The notes under the pieces: model-generated
Seen by the model: only the letters and a program-made list of their open reading frames with translations
What the model was told of the DNA's origin: nothing
Databases searched by the model: none
In this document: piece after piece, positions 10,101 to 19,249 of the stretch
Numbering within the stretch: position 1 is the first letter of the stretch
How the letters are laid out: every line of letters begins with the position of its first letter
Origin: Asterionella formosa
Lineage: Eukaryota
NCBI GenBank assembly: GCA_002256025.1
Contig: NKIB01012964.1
Location: 46,743-66,742, forward strand
Direction: 5' to 3'
Length of the DNA stretch: 20,000 nt
Made by a program: the position numbers and the translations under genes

Positions 10101-12682
10101 ATGATGAGGGCGACAACGGCGATGCGACAATCGTCGAGGCTGCAACTTGGATTTTCACAATGGAAGAAGCAACGAGTAATGAGCATTCGTGAATCAAGGA
10201 ACAGAATAGGAAGTACAGTCACACGGTCCATCTCCACAGAGCAGCAACAATCTCAAGATGTTAACAGTCAATGGATGCTGCTAGCAGCAGGAGTAGCGTT
10301 AGCGCTTTCTGCTTCTGCGGTTGTTGGGCACAGGGGTGCCGCGCAATGCGATGTTTCAACTCGGAAGTCAAAACTTAATCGAACACTTTCGTTGCGCGGC
10401 CACATTTCTCTGGAAGAAAAGTACAACATTGAATGGGATATTGTCTTGGGAGAAGGAGCATATGGAAGTGTCCACCCCGCGAGGTTAGCAGCCACTGGCG
10501 AAAAGGTATGCGGCTCTCGCTTGTACACACAGTACCAGGCCACATGCTTGTACTCACTATCACTCGCCTTGTTCGCACCTTCGCTCATCCCATCTAGCTC
10601 GCACTGAAGAAAATAAGCAAACGATACACTAACTCGAGCACATTCAAGGCTGAAGTCGATGCGCTGAAACGAATCTTTGAAATGGGCGGGCACCCCAATA
10701 TTTCAGGCCTGCGCGACATGTACGATTCGGACCCTAACTATTTCTATTTGATTTTGGATTTAGTCTCGGGTGGAGAACTCTTTGAGCACCTCATTAATTA
10801 TGGAGCGTACTCGGAACAAGATGCAGCGAGATTAGTATACGAAGTCGCGAGTGCCTTGGCATTCTTACACGGTGTCGGTGTCGTGCACGCTGATTTAAAG
10901 CCTGAAAACCTCTTGCTATGTTCCAAAAATCGAATGGATGGGACTATAAAAATTATCGATTTTGGCTGTGCCATTGTCAGCGATGATTTTGACGATATAC
11001 CTTCCTATCGACATACGGAGGAGAATGGAAGTTTCCCACCGGTGACTGCATCGACTGGAACGACGGCGTATTGGCCGCCGGAACGGTTTCAAAAAGGCGC
11101 TGTTGCCGATGCGGCAATGGACATGTGGTCTGTCGGGGTCATTTTGTACGTTATGCTAACTGGTGTACACCCATTTGACGTACATGCGGATAGTTCGGAC
11201 GATCAGATTGAGGCAAGGATTCTTAGGGACCCAACACCTCCTATTCGACCAGAACTAACCGGACACCTTTCAGAGAGTGCCATTGATTTGATTAAGAAAT
11301 TAATGCACAAGGACCCTGCAAAGCGCATGACTGCAAGGCAAATGTTGAAGAATCCATGGGTTCGCGGAGAAACAGCCTCCAAAGAAAAGATGCAAGACTC
11401 TGATAAGCGTCTGTCACAATTCAAAGATACACGCTACGAGCTGGAAGCCGGTATCTTTGGTCTCTTAGTCAAGCAAGGGCACAGGGACGTTCGTTTAAGC
11501 GAGGCTAAAGTGAAAGGTGGAAGCGAATTCGAGCATTTAGGTTCAAGCAGTATTCTGAAGCGAGCATTTGCACTCATTGATGCAGGCGGAAAAGGATACA
11601 TCAACTCAGACGATTTAGGCAGGGTTGCGAAAGAGCAAGCCAATATCCAGGTTTCTTCTAACGATACACGTGAGTTGCTCTCTAAACAAGGATCACAACA
11701 AGATATCTTGTCATTTTCGGACTTCTCTTCCCTTTTTTCGGGGTTGCATCACGAGCATTTCCCTCGAGGGCACATGATTTTTAATGCTGGCGATGACGGT
11801 GACGCCATGTATTTCTTGGCCTCTGGAAAGGTGTTAATCCAGACTCGAAAAGGACAGCTAGTTGCGACACTTAAGACCGGTGATTTCTTCGGTGAAGGTT
11901 CCCTTTTATCTGAAGAAGCCAAGCGATTTACATCAGCCAAGTGTGCTACTCCGGTCGATGTCATCCAGATTAAACGAGCTGACTTTAACAGGTACATCTC
12001 ATCGTCGGAATCAACCAAGAATGAACTTCGGCTAAAGTGGCGAGCTCGGAACCTGGACTATGCTAAAAATCTCATTCGACTGGATTCCAATGTAAGGACA
12101 AATGAATATAGTAAGGGTGAGGTGGTGTATAAAGAAGGTGATGTTGGTCAGGACATGTATCACGTTTTGGAGAACGATGGTGGTATACTAGAAGTCAGTC
12201 ATGGAAATCAAGTAGTCCACCAATATGTGAACGGAGATTCTTTCGGTGAGACATCCTTGCTCTTCGAACGACCCCGATCATCGACGGTCACTTGCGTATC
12301 TGACAAATGCCTCCTTCAAGTGATGAGTGGTGCCGACTTTCGCGCTGTAGTTGATTCGAATCCCAACATGGCGGCCGCGCTAAAAAACATGTGCCGAAAA
12401 CGGCTGTTCAAGAGGGCTATCAAAGCGTATTCTCTTAAACAAGGGCGTAGTTTGTCAAACGAGGATATTGAGAAAACTTTCGTGGAGGCAGATGTCGATC
12501 AAAGCGGAAGCTTGAATCTTGATGAAGTTGCAGAGATAATGACACGCATGGATACAAATTTTCCAAGATCGGAGATCGAGGCTCTATTGAAATATATTGA
12601 CGTCGATGAAGATGGAAAAGTGAGCATCGAAGAATTCAGACGGCTTTTTCGTCAATTCGAAGATGTGAAAGCATCGACTTAG
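10101..12682 (+). CDS. CAMK/CDPK-like Ser/Thr kinase with EF-hands and two cyclic-nucleotide-binding domains (2 exons, ~829 aa)
   Basis: Exons 10101-10505 and 10598-12682. The 92-nt intron 10506-10597 (GTATG..CTAG) gives GEK/LALKKISK in frame with the 666-aa ORF. Kinase motifs: GEGAYG, ALK, HADLKPEN, DFG, YWPPE, DMWSVG. EF loops: DAGGKGYINSDD, DVDQSGSLNLDE, DVDEDGKVSIEE. cNMP cassettes: GDFFGEGSLL..KRF and GDSFGETSLL..PRS. The exact start Met is uncertain. Confidence 0.9.
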
Positions 12683-12904
12683 AATTCACTTCATTAGTGA
12701 TTTAACATGAATTAGTACGTCAACGGGTAAGACATGGACTGAACGTGTCTCCTCTTGGTGCCAATTTATGGTTGGTTGATCACGCCTTATGGGTCTAGCT
12801 TTACATAAGAGTACAAACGAACAAATCTTTAAAAAATCATGCAGTTGGATATTTCTCCTACAATCTAAGTTAGTGAATTGGCAAGTTAGCGATCCTAAAG
12901 TGAC

Positions 12905-14620
12905 TTACACTCGCTTCAACCACAATTGACTAAAGGCCCAATCTGCGATGATTACCATCAAACTACTCATAACGACAGCAAAAGTAATGACGTCAGGCAC
13001 ATGTCGAGGTGTTAAATGGGGCCACAGACGAGCCGATAGTTCTGCCACAAGCATAGTGATGGTCATGAACGCGACTGCTTTGGTCACATGATACACTGGC
13101 GGATAGGTCCAAAATTCAATCAATGCGTCTCCATAATTTTCAGAAAAAGTGCTTCTCAAGTCGAAATTCAGAAGAGCGTCTTTAAATGTGTACTCAATGC
13201 TTCCATCATTCACCTCCCAAAGAGGAGCAAGCGAGCGAAGTCTCCAGATAGGGAAAGTCGATTTGTACACTTCTTTCAAATAGAATTGTCGCGTCCCAAT
13301 ACCATATTGTGGACCTACGTGGCTTCCCAAGAAAATTGCCAACGCTGTCCCCATGGCCGTCAAGATTGGTGCCGCCAACAAAGCCGCTGCTAAACTTGGC
13401 AACAGCGTCCAGGTGAGTGGAGATATACCCAAGGTCGCTAGCAATTTTGTTTCCGACGTTGATTTCATTGTAGCCACTTTTCCAGCGTAGGAGCCACCAA
13501 TCCTACCGCACAACAGGAGTGCCGTGAGCAAAGGGCCGATTTCCAATACAAACAATTTCCCCATTCCCATTGCGTACAGCACTGCCTTGGCCTCAGGGAC
13601 TGCTGTATTGAGCATTGACTTGACTTTGGCTTTAATCATCATGAGCATCAATGGGCTGGACTCCTCCCCAGTAATCAACTTCAACATAGGACGAACTTCT
13701 TGATCAACAATGCCTACGACCTGATTAGTTACATCGATTCGCCTCAAAATATCACAACTAAGCATAGAAATCGCTAAGCCACATGCCATGAACGTCATTA
13801 GAATCAATGGAATGGACCAGCCAATGTAGTCCGTTAATCGTTCCTTGAATCGATCAAAATTCCTAGTTCCAAAGAGATTAAGAATTTTATCTTTTTGAGA
13901 GTGTGTGTCCTTGCAGCCCCCATTGAGAGGTGCCGTCAATTCCACTATGACGTTGTTGTTTGTTGTCTCTTGTTCCATCACCATATTTGCTAATTCTGGT
14001 TCATGACTAATCAAAATAAGGGCTGTTTTATATTCCAATCTCAAGTGCACCAATTCCCTCGCGACTGCTTTGGCAGATTCGTAGTCAAGGCCAGTAAAAG
14101 GTTCATCCAACACAATGACTCGCTTGCGCTGAGCCAACTGTAGTGCAAGGGAGGCCCTTCGCCCCATTCCACCTGACAGTTCACTTGGTCGTTTATTGGC
14201 ATCGTTTTGGAAGTCCAATCCCACACTTTCAAGAAGGGTTTGTATTTGCTTGTGCAGAGGCGTCGTTGAGATGATGCTAGACGAGGCATGCATCAATGCG
14301 ACTGCCAAGTTCCCAGCGACAGTCAGTTCATCCACCAGCGTTGTTTGCTGGAATAAAACACCACAGCGCTCTTGCAGAGGAATATCATCCCTCCATTGAA
14401 TCCCCACGTCAATGTCTAGCCGATCGAGTGAACTAGAGTTGCTCAAGCCAGCCAAGTAGGTGGCAAGAGTTGTCTTCCCAAAGCCGCTGTTTCCTTTGAG
14501 CCAGACGCAGGCGCCAGGATCGAGCTGGAACTCAATGGTTGCATTTCCGAATGGGCACTTTCTTCCCTTGTTTGTGGCGTGCAATGACACTAATGGAGAA
14601 TTAGGAGACGTAGATGTCAT
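12905..14620 (-). CDS. Fused ABC ATPase (MlaF/TGD3-like) and MlaE/TGD1-like permease, 571 aa, intronless
   Basis: ATPase motifs: Walker A GNSGFGKTT, Q-loop GVLFQQ, signature LSGGM, Walker B/D-loop IVLDEPFTGLD, H-loop ISHE. The C-terminal half carries the MlaE hallmark EIGPLLTALLLCGRIGG...MKSTSE..LLATLGISP and an MlaE-like final helix (VITFAVVMSSLMVIIADWAFSQL). Confidence 0.88.
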   Translation of the reverse strand: MTSTSPNSPLVSLHATNKGRKCPFGNATIEFQLDPGACVWLKGNSGFGKTTLATYLAGLSNSSSLDRLDIDVGIQWRDDIPLQERCGVLFQQTTLVDELTVAGNLAVALMHASSSIISTTPLHKQIQTLLESVGLDFQNDANKRPSELSGGMGRRASLALQLAQRKRVIVLDEPFTGLDYESAKAVARELVHLRLEYKTALILISHEPELANMVMEQETTNNNVIVELTAPLNGGCKDTHSQKDKILNLFGTRNFDRFKERLTDYIGWSIPLILMTFMACGLAISMLSCDILRRIDVTNQVVGIVDQEVRPMLKLITGEESSPLMLMMIKAKVKSMLNTAVPEAKAVLYAMGMGKLFVLEIGPLLTALLLCGRIGGSYAGKVATMKSTSETKLLATLGISPLTWTLLPSLAAALLAAPILTAMGTALAIFLGSHVGPQYGIGTRQFYLKEVYKSTFPIWRLRSLAPLWEVNDGSIEYTFKDALLNFDLRSTFSENYGDALIEFWTYPPVYHVTKAVAFMTITMLVAELSARLWPHLTPRHVPDVITFAVVMSSLMVIIADWAFSQLWLKRV

Positions 14621-14734
14621 GCCTTTCGTGGTGCGAGGGTATAATAGTCAGCAATTCAATAAACTGATTTTGATTCCACGGAATGGTGACCTCGTAGGAT
14701 GCCGACCGTGTCGCGCTGCTTTAGTTGTTGTGGG

Positions 14735-14945
14735 AGTACCAGGTAATATTGGCAAATATTTTCATACCTGGTTCTCCAGAGCACTACTTTCATTCATACC
14801 AGGACCTGGTACCAGGTACCGGTTGACTACCCAAATTATACCGTAGCTGTAGTATGATGTGGCCTGTGGACTATAGATACCACGAGGTACCTGGTACCTG
14901 GTCCCTGGTACTGCTGTGAAAAAGTACCTGGTACCTGGTACCAGA
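14735..14945. promoter_or_regulatory. GGTACC/CCWGG motif cluster with (GGTACCT)n heptamer runs, upstream of the MlaF-MlaE gene
   Basis: ACCTGGTACCAGGT at 14804-14817, GGTACCTGGTACCTGGTCCCTGGTAC from 14886, and GTACCTGGTACCTGGTACCAG near 14924-14944. Confidence 0.5.
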
Positions 14946-15607
14946 TACTGTTAAATCTTTGCAGGTCGTCCAAGAGTATTTCTTTGACAGTTGCTGTATT
15001 CAATTACTGATAGACTACGGAATTGCTTCGGAATTAAACTACCGGTACACATGATCCGCAGCTAAGAAATAAAAAATTACTCGGTTACATACTTGAACGA
15101 TATGCCGGTAGACCTGTATCATATGAATAGCTAACCTGTAACTGTGACACGTTAATATACCGGTGCTTATACTCAGCTCCCGCCGGCCCGTAACTTCACG
15201 TTTGTGGTGGTGTTTTCCTTTGTTTTGTGAAAATATTCTTGGCCATCGCTATGCAACAGTTGCTTGTCCTGCGACAGTCGTGGCAAGCCCATCTTTGCCC
15301 TTATGTATAGTATGAGGTGTCGTTTACTATCAGTCAATGACTCACAAATATTCTTCTTTTGCTTGGCTATTCAACTCTGCTACCTGTATCGACACACATG
15401 CAGCTACCGGTACTTGTTTATCTCTATCTATATACCGGTATTGCTATGGTCGTATCTCGTCTGTCTGAGCGTCTACATTATTCCTGCTTGTTCGTTTCCA
15501 GAGACATTCTCTTTGCTTACCATTTGACCAATGATGATTGAGTCAGCCCCGCGGCAGTGGGACGAAAGTGGAGGCCCAGCATGTGGATGGTGATGTGAAG
15601 GAAAGTA

Positions 15608-15860
15608 GACTACCGGTACCGGTACGGTAATAAATATCCGGAAAATTTACAGGTAATATGTAGGAGCACCAGGGTACCGGTGATGTACGTCCTGCATATA
15701 TAGACTAACTAGGTACGGGTAAAATTGCAGACAGTTGGAGGCTGGAGGTACCTATACATATATACATACTACCTGTGTGATGTTATCCAGGCAGGATTCA
15801 CAAAAAGTGATCCATACGAGAAAATATGATTCACCGGTATATCATATTCCGGTATATATA
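15608..15860. promoter_or_regulatory. ACCGGT/GGTACC motif cluster upstream of the RING gene
   Basis: TACCGGTACCGGTA at 15611-15624, CCAGGGTACCGGT near 15668-15681, and further copies to about 15855. Confidence 0.4.
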
Positions 15861-16169
15861 TTTGTACTCGGAGTACTAAATATTATAGGGACTATATTCT
15901 CCATTTTTTGACAACATTCTTCCGACTTCCACAATACTCACATCATAATACGCAATCGAGAACCAAGGATCAAGGTATATAGAATTAGGGCGTCACCCTG
16001 TTTCCTTTCTCTTTCAATCCATAGTTAAACTTGATTTCGAGCACCGGAGGAATTAACCGGTACTCTCCTGTCAAACTGCGACCTCACAATTTGAAATTTG
16101 AAACATTTTTGCGTTACAAGGGAACACTGGAGACTTGTGCACACCGCGTTTCTTCTTTTCAGCCAAGTC

Positions 16170-17087
16170 ATGCTAAACTGTACAGTCATTCCTTGCTTTT
16201 ACTCATCAGATGATAATAGTACTGCAATTGACGACGGACAAGACACTTTTGGTCAAGGAATCCTTTATGTACTTGCACTTGTTCTCGGCACCTTCGTTTT
16301 GATTCTCTTATCGATATGGGTTCTAAGCCTTTTCTTGGATTTACACTGTTGTTTACCGTCACAGTGGTTCATTTCTGAAATTGAGGCCCTAGAAGTGGAA
16401 TCTGGGCCTGTAGCGGCAAGAGCTGGACTAACAGGATTGACATCAGACGCGAGGAGATCGATTTTGGAACAGATTTGGAAAGGCACGCCGTATAAGCGTC
16501 GAGTGTCAAGCAGTAGCATAGAAACGAAGAAATCAATGTCGGAAAATGATTGTAACACTGATATTACCATGAAGCAGCTCGAGGATATTGAACGAGGAAG
16601 GGGATTGGTGCCCGTGTCACGAAGCATCGGGATAGAGATCAACGAGACGATCGCGGCCGACCTTACCAATGATTGGGATGCTCCCCTGAATGACGAGGAA
16701 AGCGGTAAGGCATGTGCAATTTGCCTCGATAACTATGGTAAGTCAAAATATGAACAACTCATTGTCCACTTTACCTGAGATTTTGTCATGTCTCTCATGA
16801 TTATCCGTTGGACAGACGAACACGACCTCGTAGTGACGGGATCGTCTTGTACCCACTTTTTTCACAGGTCGTGTGCTTTGGCGTGGCTGGATAAGCATGA
16901 TGATTGTCCCTGTTGTCGACGAGATATGATGACACCATATCAGATGGAAGTGGCAGCAAACCAGTTGTCGGATGAGCGAAAAATGCTGGCTAAGGTCGCG
17001 GCATCGGAATCGGCAACTACCGGTATACAGCACGGAACATTCGTGGAGTATCATGGGGCCTCAGTAACGGACCAGCGAGAAAGTTAG
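16170..17087 (+). CDS. Transmembrane RING-H2 (ATL-like) E3 ubiquitin ligase (at least 2 exons, ~279 aa)
   Basis: The 78-nt intron 16738-16815 (GTAAGT..ACAG) reconstitutes CAIC-x15-CTHFFHRSC-x10-CPCC. N-terminal TM ILYVLALVLGTFVLILLSIWVLSLFL. The start is tentative: first in-frame ATG at 16170, but a CAG at 16207-16209 could be the acceptor for an unseen upstream exon. Confidence 0.8.
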
Positions 17088-17599
17088 TATTAAATGATGT
17101 AAAGAATGAATGACATTTCTTTAGTTGCTGGCAAATAATCATGTTGAATTTTGAAATAACCTACACCAATAGAATTGAACGCTAGTGCTGATGCATAGGG
17201 TACCAGGGTACCTAAAATTACTTTTATAGACGCCCGAAAGACTCTGCAAATAGTTCAGTCTGTGCAGGAAAAAAGTCACAAAGTGTAGAGGAAAACCAGT
17301 GAAGATTGTTAAAAAACTTACTGGATACGTTAATAGTCCCTTTTTTGCCATTGTTTTGATTCACAAAACTCGGGGCAACTTCTTAGTCGCTTGTGAAGGA
17401 ACACTTCTTCCCATCATTTGCAAACAGGAAAATTCATCAAATAAAAGCAACAACATGTTGCATCCGAAAGATTAGCAACTAACAAAAGGCCCCACCAGGA
17501 TTCCATCCAGTCGGAGCAAATTGTTCAACAAAATTTTAAAAAAGTCGTAAGATTCAATCCCTCGAACCATCATGTCTCACTTCTTCTCTGAATCGTTAT

Positions 17600-18760
17600 T
17601 TATTCCATTTTCTTGCCCCTCGCCCGAGCGATACCAGTTGGACCATCTGGAACCTTAAATGTTCCCCAAAATCGATCACAAAATGTGAACATCTGACCAT
17701 AATTGTAAATATAGTGAGTGTGATGGACTGTGTGATACTTGCTTCCCATAATGGGATCCACATTCCAGTCCATTGCGTCATGAATGTACGTGGCCCACAC
17801 TGCCGTAAAGAACAGCATGACCATGTGAGTCGGGTAGTGACAGGGTATAGCAAAAAGCCAAATCACATAAGGACACGCTTGAAGCAGACCATCTAGTGGA
17901 TGAAAGGCAATGGATGCCCATGGAGTGAGGGTATCGGCCCTGTTGTACTTGTGATGCTGCAAATGTATATTCTTGTACATCCACTTGTTGGTGTGCAACG
18001 TTCGGTGCATCCAATAAATTCCAATTTCCACAAGAGAAAAGTATAGAATCATGCAGAATGCATGCGGGAGCCAACCTCCAATCTCGTCAATCGTGAAATA
18101 TACCTGCGTGTATCCGTTTTCCACAACAAATTCGTCAATGACAGGCAAACCAACATAGAGGAATAGACTGAGCTGCGATAGCTTGATTTGATCCCAAATG
18201 GTGTCCCAGGATGGCCGGGCGCGTTCCTTGAAGGTTTCTTGTGACCTCGGATGAACGTAAATCTGGTAGTGAAAAAAAGCGGCAGTGCCATAGTAGACGA
18301 GCGAGCCTGCGACTAAATTTCTGAGATAGCAAAGGAAATAATGACCCCACTCCATTCCCATGCTTTTGAGAACGTATCCCGCTAGCTGCGACGAGAACAA
18401 GATGGAATTGAGGAATGCATTAAAGTTCCGACAAGGATTGGCAAGCGCGTCGCCTTGCAGCAGGGCATCGTACGACGAGGAGTAGGTGTGGCCTTGGTAT
18501 TCAAACGAATCGATCCTGTCATCGGAAGCCATGCGATCGAGCCACCATGTTCCGGGGAAAGGGACTGAGGCACGGCAGCAGCGGTTAGGCGTCAGCAGAC
18601 ACGCAGGGAAACAAAACTCCTCCCATCACCTACCAGAAGGACTATCACTCCCAGTCGATACAGTCTCGTTCTTCTCCCACCACGCAGCATACGCTACAGT
18701 TGCGAATAGCAACAGAGACAGACAGAAGAAAAGGGCGGTTTGGGACGAGGAAATCGCCAT
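17600..18760 (-). CDS. ERG3: Delta7-sterol C5(6)-desaturase (lathosterol oxidase; ERG3/SC5D/DWF7 family), 2 exons, ~363 aa
   Basis: His boxes YWMHRTLH, HLQHHKY and YHTVHH, plus SIAFHPLDG and YNYGQ..FCDRFWGT. Exons 18760-18634 and 18564-17600. The 69-nt intron 18633-18565 (GTAGGT..CTAAC..CTCAG) is in frame. C-terminal KKME fits the KKXX ER-retrieval motif. Confidence 0.9.
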
Positions 18761-18917
18761 GGTTGACAACAACAACTATGAATGACACAACGCGAACGAT
18801 GCCAAGTTTTTGCAAATCGAAGTATGAAGTATGAAGCACACTGCCTTTTCTTTTCCAATGAGTTGGTTCTTGCTTTGTCTCGGCTTGCTTGCACGCACGT
18901 TGCCTACATACGATGTC

Positions 18918-19245
18918 GTGGTACCAGGAACCGCAACGACGACGATGATAAGAATAAAAATTCTATGAAATTTTTCGTCGCAGTATGATGCCGGTGTACA
19001 CTCCTCAGCATTCAGCAGTCATCGCTCATCCTCGTGCTGCACCACTCCAAATGGCTCCCGATTTTGCTTACCGGTATCTACTCCTATTCTTTTACGTACA
19101 ATGCATGTTTACCGGGTACCCCTATGTATGGAGTAACGACACCGTTTTATTTTGAATCGATTGTGACCATACAGACTGGCAATTTTGCCTGCTACTACTT
19201 TCTTGTACCGGTACCAGGTACCTCAGGCAGGTAACACCAGGTACT
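18918..19245. promoter_or_regulatory. GGTACC/CCWGG motif cluster upstream of the sterol desaturase
   Basis: GGTACCAGG near 18920, ACCGGGTACCC near 19111, and GTACCGGTACCAGGTACC at 19205-19222. Confidence 0.4.
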
Positions 19246-19249
19246 CTGA

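Noticed and set aside
10268..14399. Antisense and alternative-frame ORFs overlapping the kinase and Mla genes
   Set aside because: Shadow ORFs of real coding sequence with no independent motifs.
12905..14620. Bacterial contamination as the source of the Mla-like ORF
   Set aside because: It is contiguous with intron-containing genes, has similar composition, carries the same upstream motif cluster and has no operon partners. A chimeric assembly cannot be fully excluded without reads.
14886..14944. (GGTACCT)n as an interstitial telomeric repeat or CRISPR-like array
   Set aside because: It does not match TTAGGG-type repeats, has only 2-4 units, lacks repeat-spacer periodicity and has no cas genes nearby.
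12905..18760. A lipid/sterol gene cluster formed by the Mla fusion, TM RING ligase and sterol desaturase
   Set aside because: The theme is tempting, but this is eukaryotic DNA with mixed orientations and no other sterol-pathway genes. Adjacency alone is not evidence without synteny or co-expression data.
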